From contig BTVY01000024.1 in NCBI GenBank assembly GCA_045863335.1, positions 1-64,000 on the forward strand: DNA of 64,000 nucleotides, in the 5' to 3' direction. The stretch's first letter is position 1. Each line of letters starts with the position of its first letter. The stretch comes from Candidatus Hydrogenedentota bacterium. Lineage in GTDB: Bacteria > Hydrogenedentota > Hydrogenedentia > Hydrogenedentales > SLHB01. Made by a program: the position numbers and the translations under genes. Below the pieces are notes generated by a model. It saw nothing but the letters and a program-made list of their open reading frames with translations. It had not been told where the DNA came from and made no database searches. This document shows positions 39,427-48,174 of the stretch, in pieces.

Positions 39427-40182
39427 ATGCTGCTTTCAGATTTGGCGAAGCGGATTCGTTCGAAACGCGAGAAGCGCGGTCTGAAACAGCAGGACATCGC
39501 CAACGCATTGAATGTCAGTCCCCAAGCCGTCTCCAAGTGGGAGCGCGGCGAGAACGCGCCGGATATCGCGGTGCTCGGGCCTTTGGCCAAGCTGCTGGAT
39601 GTTTCCGTGGATTGGCTGCTGGGGACGCGCGAGGAAGGCGTCGACGTGTTCCAGGCGAGCGTACTCGTCAGCAGCATCTCCGGCGCCTATGAGAAGTCGT
39701 TGCATATGCAGGCCCGGGATTTCGCCATCTGGGCGAATGGCCTGTTCTACCAGTTGACAGAGATTACGCTGCGGCACGACGGCATTCCCGTGAAGTACAT
39801 GGGCGACCGGTATCTCGCCTTCTTTTCGGGCACGAGCCATCCGGAGCGCGCGCTTCAGACCGCCGCCGAGGGCCGCGTGCTGATCGGCGACGACCTCCGG
39901 ATCGGCCTGAGCACGGGCGAGATTTACCTCGGTTCCGTCGGCCACCCGGATTACGCGCGGCCCGACATCATGGGGTCGACGGTGAATCTGGCGTTTCTGA
40001 CCCTTGACTGGGCCGAGAAGAACGCGGAGAGCGGCTTGGCCGCACCGAAGGCGATGGTCGACGGTCAGACGTTGGAGGTCGACGTCGGACGGCGGGCCAA
40101 GGTGAATTTCCTGGACATCGACCGTGCCGTGGAAGTTTGTGAATTGTGCATCACCGGTTCCCTGGCGAACCGCGAAAAATAA
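39427..40182 (+). CDS. XRE-family HTH regulator fused to a degenerate class III nucleotide cyclase domain
   Basis: HTH: LKQQDIANALNVSPQAVSKWERGENAPD. Cyclase-like: VKYMGDRYLAFF, LRIGLSTGEIYLG, DIMGSTVNLA. Confidence 0.85.
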   Translation: MLLSDLAKRIRSKREKRGLKQQDIANALNVSPQAVSKWERGENAPDIAVLGPLAKLLDVSVDWLLGTREEGVDVFQASVLVSSISGAYEKSLHMQARDFAIWANGLFYQLTEITLRHDGIPVKYMGDRYLAFFSGTSHPERALQTAAEGRVLIGDDLRIGLSTGEIYLGSVGHPDYARPDIMGSTVNLAFLTLDWAEKNAESGLAAPKAMVDGQTLEVDVGRRAKVNFLDIDRAVEVCELCITGSLANREK

Positions 40183-40242
40183 GGAATGGCAACGGACGGG
40201 CCGGCGCGATGCGTCCCGTACATCCAAGGAGGTTTGAAGACG

Positions 40243-41694
40243 ATGAGTCCTGCGACACTCGAAAAACAGGCCGACTACAAGGTCGCCGACCTGGGTCTGG
40301 CCGATTGGGGCCGCAAAGAAATCGACATGGCCGAAAAGGAAATGCCCGGTCTCATGGCGATTCGCGAGCGTTACGCCGCCCAGCAGCCGTTGAAAGGCTA
40401 CCGGGTCATGGGTTCGCTCCACATGACGATTCAGACGGCAGTCCTGATCGAAACGCTTGGCGCATTGGGCGCCGACGTACGCTGGGCGAGCTGCAATATC
40501 TTTTCCACGCAGGATCATGCTGCCGCCGCGATCGCGAAAGCAGGGTACCCCGTGTTCGCGTGGAAGGGCGAGACCCTCGAAGAGTACTGGTGGTGCACGC
40601 TCCAGGCCTTGACGTGGCCGGATGGCAGCGGCCCGCACCTCATCGTCGACGACGGCGGCGACGCGACGTTGCTGATCCATCGCGGGTACGAGTTTGAAGA
40701 AGTGTTCTCGAAAACCGGGAAGCTCCCGGAAGTCAGCACGGAGAATCAGGAAGTCGAGATCGTGGACCGGCTGTTGCACAGCGTCCATGCCGAGCTGCCG
40801 AACAAGTGGCACGGATACGTGAACGACTGGATCGGCGTTTCGGAAGAGACCACGACCGGCGTGCATCGTCTGTATCACATGATGAAGGCGGGCACCCTGC
40901 TGACCCGCGCCATCAACGTGAACGACTCGGTGACGAAGTCGAAGTTCGACAACCTCTACGGCTGCCGCGAGTCGCTGGCCGACGGTATCAAGCGCGCCAC
41001 GGACGTGATGGTCGCGGGCAAGGTCGTCGTGATCGCGGGTTATGGCGACGTGGGCAAAGGCTGCGCGGACGCCATGAAGGGTTTGGGCGCGCGCGTGCTG
41101 ATTACGGAAATCGACCCCATCTGCGCGTTGCAGGCCTGCATGGAAGGCTATGAAGTGTTGACCATGGAAGACGCGGCCCCGAAGGGCGATATCTTCGTCA
41201 CGACGACCGGCTGCTGCGACGTGATCCGTCGCGAGCATCTCCAGAAGATGAAGGACGAAGCCATCGTCTGCAACATCGGCCATTTCGATTCCGAGATCGA
41301 AGTCGCGTGGCTGGAATCGGAAGTCGCCAAGGGCAACGTGACCGAACTGAACATCAAGCCGCAGGTGGACAAGTACATCTTCCCGAACGGCAACTCGGTG
41401 ATTCTGTTAGCGAAGGGCCGCCTCGTGAACCTCGGTTGCGCGACGGGCCACCCCTCCTTCGTCATGTCCAACTCCTTCGCGAACCAGACACTCGCCCAGA
41501 TCTCGCTGGCGACGGAAACGAAGTTGTACGAGTCCGGCAAGGTCTACACCCTGCCGAAGGTCCTCGACGAAGAAGTCGCGCGGCTGCACCTGGAAAAACT
41601 CGGCGCACGCCTCGAACGCCTGTCCGACAAGCAGGCAAACTATCTCGGCGTCCCGGTCGAAGGACCGTACAAGCCGGACCACTACCGCTACTAA
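40243..41694 (+). CDS. ahcY: adenosylhomocysteinase (SAH hydrolase)
   Basis: [77 protein letters not shown]. Confidence 0.98.
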   Translation: MSPATLEKQADYKVADLGLADWGRKEIDMAEKEMPGLMAIRERYAAQQPLKGYRVMGSLHMTIQTAVLIETLGALGADVRWASCNIFSTQDHAAAAIAKAGYPVFAWKGETLEEYWWCTLQALTWPDGSGPHLIVDDGGDATLLIHRGYEFEEVFSKTGKLPEVSTENQEVEIVDRLLHSVHAELPNKWHGYVNDWIGVSEETTTGVHRLYHMMKAGTLLTRAINVNDSVTKSKFDNLYGCRESLADGIKRATDVMVAGKVVVIAGYGDVGKGCADAMKGLGARVLITEIDPICALQACMEGYEVLTMEDAAPKGDIFVTTTGCCDVIRREHLQKMKDEAIVCNIGHFDSEIEVAWLESEVAKGNVTELNIKPQVDKYIFPNGNSVILLAKGRLVNLGCATGHPSFVMSNSFANQTLAQISLATETKLYESGKVYTLPKVLDEEVARLHLEKLGARLERLSDKQANYLGVPVEGPYKPDHYRY

Positions 41695-41720
41695 TCGCAA
41701 TGGACTGACGAAGAGCCAAT

Positions 41721-41759
41721 CGCCGCGTCCGGTGCCAACCGCCGGACGCGGCGTTTTTT
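41721..41759 (+). terminator. rho-independent terminator of ahcY
   Basis: CGCCGCGTCCGG-loop-CCGGACGCGGCG followed by TTTTTT. Confidence 0.85.
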
Positions 41760-42269
41760 GTTGTCCCCAGCCACCATGAGGCAAAGGCCCGACGGAAGGC
41801 CGCACGGCGATCGCCAATCATTGTCGGTAGCTTGGCAGTCCCCGCCTGCCCAACCCGAACCGGCCACCTCAACGGTAATGATTCGTTTCTTGCCAACGCG
41901 GAGACGTACATAGGTCGCCACGTGCGAATCATCTACGTGCCTCCCCGATCAGCAGTAAGGAAAGGGGCCGTCGCCGCGAAAACGGATTGAAGATTCTGGG
42001 CCCCATTAGTACGCGTTGCGGAATGTTCAACAGCGAGCCCTCTCTTCAGCCCCAATCCTCAGAAGTCCCACTGTTGCATTACGACTTGGGCCCCAGAGCC
42101 AAGCCCGATTGCTCGAGTGATACTTGCACGACGGGTACCCTTATAATGCACTTGAATTGGTATGGCATCGAACGCATTCTGCGCCGGTCCCGAACTTCCG
42201 GTCCCAGCTGAATCAGAGTGAAGCTCTCGTCATCAAGACACAACCTGTCACAGGTCCCGCCGCCGTGGC

Positions 42270-42674
42270 TTACGGCTGGCTCCACGGAACGTCCATCTCG
42301 GACAAGCCCTGCTTCAAGTCTTCCATCTGAAACGCTCGTGCCTTTTCGCCCCGGATTATCACGGGAGGTGACTCCTCGCCGTAGTTCGCCTTAACGTAAT
42401 CCTTGACTTGAGATAGCTCCTTTACTTCGCCGTCTATCAGGTACTGCGTTTCTCTAACAACGATCTCGATGGAGGGTTTGCCTTCCGCAGCTTCGCCCTC
42501 CGAGGGCGGCCCCAATGAATCCCCACCTAAGCCGGGTCCTCCACAACCCCGAAATAGCACGATGACGGCAATAGCCGCCACAAGCAAGACAATCAAGAGA
42601 AGAACGAGCCGGACAAATCCCGCCCTCGGATCCGAAACAATCACGCGACGTGCCTTTGATTTCTCGTCTATCAC
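42270..42674 (-). CDS. single-TM protein with an ExbD/TolR-like periplasmic domain
   Basis: TM helix, Gly/Pro linker, then IEIVVRETQYLIDGE...PVIIRGEKA, resembling the ExbD C-domain pattern. GTGA overlap with the upstream gene. Confidence 0.6.
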   Translation of the reverse strand: MIDEKSKARRVIVSDPRAGFVRLVLLLIVLLVAAIAVIVLFRGCGGPGLGGDSLGPPSEGEAAEGKPSIEIVVRETQYLIDGEVKELSQVKDYVKANYGEESPPVIIRGEKARAFQMEDLKQGLSEMDVPWSQP

Positions 42675-43444
42675 GATTCGATTGCCCCCATCTCCACGTA
42701 GTACATGCGCGCATTCGATCCAACACCGAATTGCGTTGCCAGAGTCCGCAATGCGTCCTGCGTAATCGTCAACACTTCATCATACGCGTTGCCCCAGTAA
42801 TGAAGAACGATAACATTCGGCTTAACAACGCCACCCGTGTGTCTGTCCACAGCCTGACTCAACCTGCGCTTTGCTTCTTCAATACTCGAAGGAACAAACT
42901 TTGCGAGAACGACTGTGTCTTCAACCTTCAGACTAAGCGTGTTGTCGGTCCCCGTAGTTGCTTCCCAAAAATCACAGCGCTTGTTGAACTCGTTAATCTT
43001 GCGAAGCTCGCGTACGACGTCTTCGGCATTCGCATCCCGCAAGGATGCCAGTGTTCGCTTAACCTGGTCGATTTCTACCGGGCTTGCTCCGGACATAGCC
43101 GTTTCAACGAAATCGTCCGGAAGGTCAAACATTTCTTTAAACAAAGCTCCAAGCTCTTTAACACTTGCCTCTTGCCGCTGAACCTGCTCCTCTAAAAACT
43201 TGCTTTCATTGACCTTTGCCTGCAATTGCTCCTTTTCGGCTGTAAGTTCAGCAACTCGAACCCCCGCCTTAGTCAGTTTCTCTTCAAGGCCGGAAATATA
43301 GGTAAGCCCCTCCTCGCGAGCATTCGACTCGTCCTCAAGCTTGCCCTGAATCATGAAAGCTTGTGCAAACACCAGGAGAATGAGCAGGTCGAAGAGCGGC
43401 GTCAAATTCGGTCCGCGAGATCGATAACTTCCCCTCCGGTTCAT
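42671..43444 (-). CDS. ExbD/MotB-type TM protein with a coiled-coil periplasmic region
   Basis: N-terminal NLTPLFDLLILLVF carries the conserved channel Asp, followed by a heptad-rich segment. ATGA overlap. Confidence 0.7.
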   Translation of the reverse strand: MNRRGSYRSRGPNLTPLFDLLILLVFAQAFMIQGKLEDESNAREEGLTYISGLEEKLTKAGVRVAELTAEKEQLQAKVNESKFLEEQVQRQEASVKELGALFKEMFDLPDDFVETAMSGASPVEIDQVKRTLASLRDANAEDVVRELRKINEFNKRCDFWEATTGTDNTLSLKVEDTVVLAKFVPSSIEEAKRRLSQAVDRHTGGVVKPNVIVLHYWGNAYDEVLTITQDALRTLATQFGVGSNARMYYVEMGAIES

Positions 43445-44064
43445 GAAACCTCCTCTGCATTTCTTCCCAATACCTCTACACTTGCACGGTGCACAGTTTC
43501 CCCCACGAGTTTGCGAAGTTCAGAGAATGATTCAAAACCGGGAAAAGTCCAGTAGGTCACTATTGCGGCAACCAGCCAAAGAATGAGTCCCACCCACGTT
43601 GTGTTGACCGCGGTAGCGAATCCGTCTACCAACCGTTCGCCCATCTCCGCATTGTCAAAAACGTCTCCACCCAAGGCGGTACGAATTCCAACTACGGTGC
43701 CCAAGATCCCGATTATGGGGTAGGTGTCGGTCAGGCCGACAAACAATGAAACCACACTTTCATACCACGTGGAACGTAAGTAGGTTCGGCCCTCCTCCTT
43801 AATGCTGATGCGCTTCGCCAAATCCATGCGCTCCTCCTTGCGGGACTCACTGGCCAAGATACCCCGAATGTCCAATACAAAGCTCTCGACGGCCTCATAA
43901 GGGTCCGATGAATTGCGCGTTCTGCCTTCTCGAATTGGAATGACACTGTCCAAGAAGCTAGCCATACTTCTTGCGTTTTTCCGTCGCCACCAGACTAAGA
44001 ACAGCAAGATCATCACGTGAACCAGAGCAAGTCCCGCAAACACCGCATAAAAGACTGCATTCAT
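43441..44064 (-). CDS. MotA/TolQ/ExbB proton channel family protein
   Basis: Three-TM layout. YPIIGILGTVVGI and FATAVNTTWVGL with the conserved Thr residues. AGAGGAAGG SD. Confidence 0.8.
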   Translation of the reverse strand: MNAVFYAVFAGLALVHVMILLFLVWWRRKNARSMASFLDSVIPIREGRTRNSSDPYEAVESFVLDIRGILASESRKEERMDLAKRISIKEEGRTYLRSTWYESVVSLFVGLTDTYPIIGILGTVVGIRTALGGDVFDNAEMGERLVDGFATAVNTTWVGLILWLVAAIVTYWTFPGFESFSELRKLVGETVHRASVEVLGRNAEEVS

Positions 44065-44380
44065 ATCGATACCTTCCTCTCCCATTAGAACTCGAAGTCG
44101 GGGCGCGCGTGCCTGCTTCGTTAACCCCAATCATGGTACCTCAAGGTACCTCAGCTCCTTATAATACGGGCACATCCAGAACTTCAATAACAACAGTCGG
44201 ATGACTTGTCTCGTTCTTGATGCTATCGCGCAGAACATGTCGACGTCCCAGCGCACGTATCAGCATCAATCGGCAAACTGCTCGCCGAAGAATGTGCCGA
44301 ATTCCGTCAACGCCAGTTCCATGGTTCCCTACCTGGCGCGAGACCCAATGTCTTGGGAAATTAAGGGACATGATAGGTAT

Positions 44381-44841
44381 CTTGAGAGTACCGTATTCGG
44401 GGTGGGTATCTGATAAAGGGGCAGTCATGCGGCGAGCCTCTGGGCTTGGGTTTTGGATAGATCGAGTCGTTGTTGGATGAATTTCGCGAGGTCAGGGGCT
44501 GGAAAGGTATCGGCGAGAAAATGGGGTAGGATGTTGCGCAGGGCACAGGCGACGACGGCCTCGGAGGGGACGATGCCGGGCCGTATGGTGCGTAACCAGG
44601 AACCGAATTAGGCCCAGACGAATTGGGGGCAGTGGTGGCGAGAGCCTGCATGATGCCTGTCGGAAAAGGCCGCACGGAATACGTGCCCCCGGCACGCGCC
44701 AAAGAAGTGAAACGCCAGCTCGACAACGACCGCAAGTTCAAAGAGCTCACCCAGGAATGGGTGACCCTCGCCATCGAACTGTGTAAACTCAAGCAGACGC
44801 TCGAGCAGAAGAAATGGGGGCAAGAACACGGTACTCTCAAG
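44381..44841. mobile_element. 461-bp non-autonomous IS derivative (MITE) with TIRs and a 7-bp target duplication
   Basis: Ends CTTGAGAGTACCGTATTC / GAACACGGTACTCTCAAG (18-bp IR, 1 mismatch). TAGGTAT is duplicated at 44374-44380 and 44842-44848. Confidence 0.85.
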
Positions 44842-44844
44842 TAG
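44650..44844 (+). pseudogene. fragment resembling the C-terminus of small transposase-accessory proteins (DUF6788-like)
   Basis: GKGRTEYVPPARAKEVKRQLDNDRKFKELTQEWVTLAIELCKLK inside the MITE. No intact N-terminus. Family assignment is from recall only. Confidence 0.45.
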
Positions 44845-44961
44845 GTATAAGTCAAGAGGCAAACCGCCCGCTTTGCCTCTTGACTTATACCTATCATGGA
44901 TGTCCCTTTATTCCGATCCCTTCATTTTCGAAAATGGATTACTACCCGCGCACGATTCCTA

Positions 44962-44990
44962 TTGCGTAATTCAGCCTGACGAAGTACTAT
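44962..44990 (+). promoter_or_regulatory. sigma70-type promoter for the acidic protein-NERD pair
   Basis: TTGCGT-N17-TACTAT. Confidence 0.55.
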
Positions 44991-45038
44991 CGAGTTTATG
45001 AACGAATGTCGCCAACCATTAGTACGAGGGTGATTCCA

Positions 45039-45314
45039 ATGGCAACAAAATCTTCAGGTTCGGAGCGTGGTCCCAAATCTGGAAACGACGAAGATGATGA
45101 TAGGGATCGTTACGATTTTCGCGGCGTCGAGCTTACCGAAGACCAAAAAGAGGAGATTGAAGAGATGCGCGATCTTGGGGACTACGACGGAGCGAACGAA
45201 ACGGAAAACTTCTATAAGGGTTGGAATGCCGCAAGCGACGACGATTACGGTGCGGAACAATTTTCAAACAGTCCAATAGCCGCAGAAGAACAGGGCAACA
45301 CCATTGGAGCTTGA
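45039..45314 (+). CDS. small highly acidic hypothetical protein (91 aa)
   Basis: GAGGGTG SD. 26 D/E versus 9 K/R. Stops 13 nt before the NERD gene. Confidence 0.6.
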   Translation: MATKSSGSERGPKSGNDEDDDRDRYDFRGVELTEDQKEEIEEMRDLGDYDGANETENFYKGWNAASDDDYGAEQFSNSPIAAEEQGNTIGA

Positions 45315-45327
45315 GGACTCAACTAAG

Positions 45328-46308
45328 ATGACTGACGCCAAGCATAAGTGGCAGGACTGGCGAGCACTGGCCAAGGTCGTGCCGGAACCTGAAGATCCAG
45401 AAGTAATCGGAGGTAGAAACGCTGAATTGTTTTTGCAGCGAATGGTCAAGAACAACTTACGGTTCAAGTCAGCCTATTTTTTCCATTCAAAGCGAGTTCC
45501 TTCTCCTGCAGAAAGACGGCGCTACGAAATCGATTTAATAGTACTTACTAAGAAGCAGATTCACATCATTGAGGTAAAGAACTTATCTGGAGCGATAACA
45601 GCCAACGCTGACAAGTGGATTCAAACTAAACGCAACGGAATGCAAGTATTGATGGAGAGCCCCATCGTCCGCAATGATCGAAAGATGAGGGTTCTAGAGA
45701 CCCACCTACAGAAGTGCGGAGTAGACTTGGATTCCTCGTATTTCTCGCAGCGGGTTGTATTAATGAATCCCAATGTCAATCTTTGCCGTGTAGTTGCCCA
45801 TAGTCCCCGTGTCATCCAAAGGCACCAACTAGATAAGTATCTGAAACGGAGCGGAGGTATTGGATTTGGCGAGCAGCTGATTCATTCTGTCATCGAATAC
45901 TGCCTCGATACCGAAGCAAGTGATGCGGTTTTAGATGGGATGTTTCAGTCGATGACTTCATCTATGCAGAGTCGCATTAGACACTCGCTAGGTTGTCTGG
46001 AAACGTTTGACAAGGTGCTCCTGTATGGCGGGAAAGTGCTTCCAGGTGACATACTTGATTTTCGGTTAAGTCGTGGTCCGATTAGTCTTGCGGAAATTCA
46101 ATCCGGTGAGGTGCTTTCACTCAGGTGGAGTAGGAACCGACTCCTTGGAATTGCAAACGTTGTGCTCGATCGTCCGCTAGGCATCCTCAAGCGGGGCAAG
46201 ACTAGCCAAGTAGTTGCACCCGGCGATTCCGTGTACTTTCATAAGGTGGGGGAAAAGAGCCCGATGCACATCGATCTAGCGAGAGTGGATGCTTTGATCA
46301 AAGGTTAG
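45328..46308 (+). CDS. NERD (nuclease-related domain) protein
   Basis: GGRNAE...RYEIDLIVLTKKQIHIIEVKNLSG, a PD-(D/E)xK-like signature. GAGGA SD. Confidence 0.85.
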   Translation: MTDAKHKWQDWRALAKVVPEPEDPEVIGGRNAELFLQRMVKNNLRFKSAYFFHSKRVPSPAERRRYEIDLIVLTKKQIHIIEVKNLSGAITANADKWIQTKRNGMQVLMESPIVRNDRKMRVLETHLQKCGVDLDSSYFSQRVVLMNPNVNLCRVVAHSPRVIQRHQLDKYLKRSGGIGFGEQLIHSVIEYCLDTEASDAVLDGMFQSMTSSMQSRIRHSLGCLETFDKVLLYGGKVLPGDILDFRLSRGPISLAEIQSGEVLSLRWSRNRLLGIANVVLDRPLGILKRGKTSQVVAPGDSVYFHKVGEKSPMHIDLARVDALIKG

Positions 46309-46396
46309 GTGCGCTCAGTCGATCAAGTGATTACATTCCACCGGAATCCTATTCTTCTCCCAACAAGCTACACGCACTTGCGACGGAATCAGGCGA

Positions 46397-47182
46397 TCAC
46401 AATTCTTCCGCGGCGGGTTCTTCCGTTCGTTCCGCGCGTTCTTCGCTGGTTTCTTGTTCTTGTTCGACGGCGCCTCGGCGTTGGAGCAGGAGGGTAAGGG
46501 TCCAGCAGAGGATGGCCCAGGCGAAGCCGCCGGACCAGCCGGCGAGCACGTCGGTCGGCCAGTGGACGCCGAGGTAGACGCGGCTCACGCCGACGGCGAC
46601 GGTCAGCGCGATGGCAACGGCGATGAAGTACATTTTGAGGCCTTTGCCGGGGACGAGCCGGCTGAGCAGGGCGCCGAGGGTGAGGTAGGTTACGGCGGAC
46701 ATCATGGAATGGCCGCTGGGGAAACTCGAGGTGTAGACGTAGCTGCCGTGGGGCACGAGATCGGGCCGTGGCCGTTCGAAGATCTCTTTCAACCCCATGC
46801 TAATCGCGAGGCCCCCCAAGACCGCGACGAGCACCAGGATCGCGGCGTTGCGTTTGCGGGCGATTGCCAACGCGCCGATCACCACGGCGGTCAATACCAT
46901 CTGCAATCCGACGCCGCCGAGGGCCGTGAAATCCCGGCCCATCTCTTCGACCCAGTGCGGTCCGATTGGGTCCGCCGGATCCTGGGGGTTACGCATCATC
47001 AGGACCAGCGCGCGGTCGATGTCCTGGGTGCTTCCCTCGAGGACCTCGTCCGACAATTCCGCAAAGGCCCAGATGCCCGCGGCCACCATCCCGCAGAGAA
47101 GTAGTAGGAAGAATTCTTTGCGCACCAGCCAGATACCGGATTGGATGGGCCGGGCCAGTGCCGCTCGTTTGTAGTTGGGCAT
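46397..47182 (-). CDS. PAP2 family membrane phosphatase
   Basis: K.IFERPRP, SFPSGHS, SRVYLGVHWPTDV. Confidence 0.93.
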   Translation of the reverse strand: MPNYKRAALARPIQSGIWLVRKEFFLLLLCGMVAAGIWAFAELSDEVLEGSTQDIDRALVLMMRNPQDPADPIGPHWVEEMGRDFTALGGVGLQMVLTAVVIGALAIARKRNAAILVLVAVLGGLAISMGLKEIFERPRPDLVPHGSYVYTSSFPSGHSMMSAVTYLTLGALLSRLVPGKGLKMYFIAVAIALTVAVGVSRVYLGVHWPTDVLAGWSGGFAWAILCWTLTLLLQRRGAVEQEQETSEERAERTEEPAAEEL

Positions 47183-47508
47183 GGGTATCTTTCCGCTTTG
47201 GCGCCGGATTCAACATTCTCGGGCGCATCGGCCGACGCGCCCTAGGAACCAGATTACTAGGATTGAACAAGAGACACCAGCGACCGCAGGGATATCAGGA
47301 ACAGAACCGCACCTATTAAAAGGACAAGCCGAAGGGGACGCCGAACGGGGTCCGGGGCGGCCAGGTGGATTGGAGATCCCAGTAGTCGCGGCGGTCCCTG
47401 AACCACTCAAGATCGAAATCGTGAGTATCTGGCGCAATTCTCGATGGAGAGGGACCAATTCTTCCGCCCTTCTAGGGCTTGATCGCGAGGAGGAGGCCTT
47501 TGGACCCA

Positions 47509-47570
47509 GGGTTCCGCTCGTGCCTCGCTCCACCCCGGGCTACATTCGAGTCGCCCCATCCGGGGCTGGC
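47509..47570. repeat. REP-like element family B, copy 1
   Basis: 62 bp identical to 58179-58240. Confidence 0.9.
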
Positions 47571-47731
47571 TTGGGAACCTATCCTCGCGAAAATGAATGG
47601 GGACGGCAACCATTTATTGCAGCATGGAGGAGACCTTCCTCGGCTGCCGCCGTAGACGTTGGTGCTATAATCCCTTGAGCGGCATATCTTCGTTGGAGTA
47701 GGTTTTGTCGCAAGGACACGGGAGTGGTCAG

Positions 47732-47959
47732 ATGAACGGCGCAATTCGAAGCAAAGTGATCGAGCGATTGGACACGCTTCCAGAAGACCTGCAGCGGAAG
47801 GTCTTGGCATATGTACAGACGTTGCAATCCGAAGAGCGCCGGGGTGTTTCCGGGGATCTATTGCTCATGTTTGCCGGGACGATTCCGCAAGACGATTTGC
47901 TCCTGATGAAGCAAGCGATCGAGGACGGGTGCGAACAGGTCGACGAGAATGAATGGTAA
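47732..47959 (+). CDS. putative antitoxin (DUF2281-like, normally paired with a PIN/VapC toxin)
   Basis: LDTLPEDLQRKVLAYVQTL...GVSG..LL.FAGTI...AIEDGCEQVDENEW. Overlaps a PIN start. Confidence 0.7.
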   Translation: MNGAIRSKVIERLDTLPEDLQRKVLAYVQTLQSEERRGVSGDLLLMFAGTIPQDDLLLMKQAIEDGCEQVDENEW

Positions 47960-48023
47960 CTACCTGCTGGACACCAATATCGTTATCGCGCGGAAGATGC
48001 GCAGCGGGCGTGAGGGTGAATAA
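47949..48023 (+). pseudogene. truncated PIN/VapC toxin
   Basis: MNGNYLLDTNIVIA (PIN strand 1 with the first catalytic Asp), then unrelated sequence and a stop after 24 aa. Confidence 0.75.
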
Positions 48024-48174
48024 AGGGGTCGGTCCTGACTCCGGTTCGTAGCGGAGTCGGCGGAGGCTACCGTTGATGCGGTGCCCTTCGTGACACCGCG
48101 TTCCGCTCCGCACTACCACGGGAAATTTGGCCCCTCGTCGCCTTGATCGACGGCCATCGCGACGTTATCGCTAG

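Noticed and set aside
41462-41932. Minus-strand 156-aa ORF with a good SD
   Set aside because: Crosses the ahcY terminator, overlaps ahcY antisense, and has an Arg-rich, non-protein-like composition.
42270-46308. Canonical Zorya system
   Set aside because: The MotA-like protein has no long cytoplasmic tail, the partner has no OmpA-type domain, there are no ZorC/D/E genes, and the nuclease is divergent and separated by a MITE.
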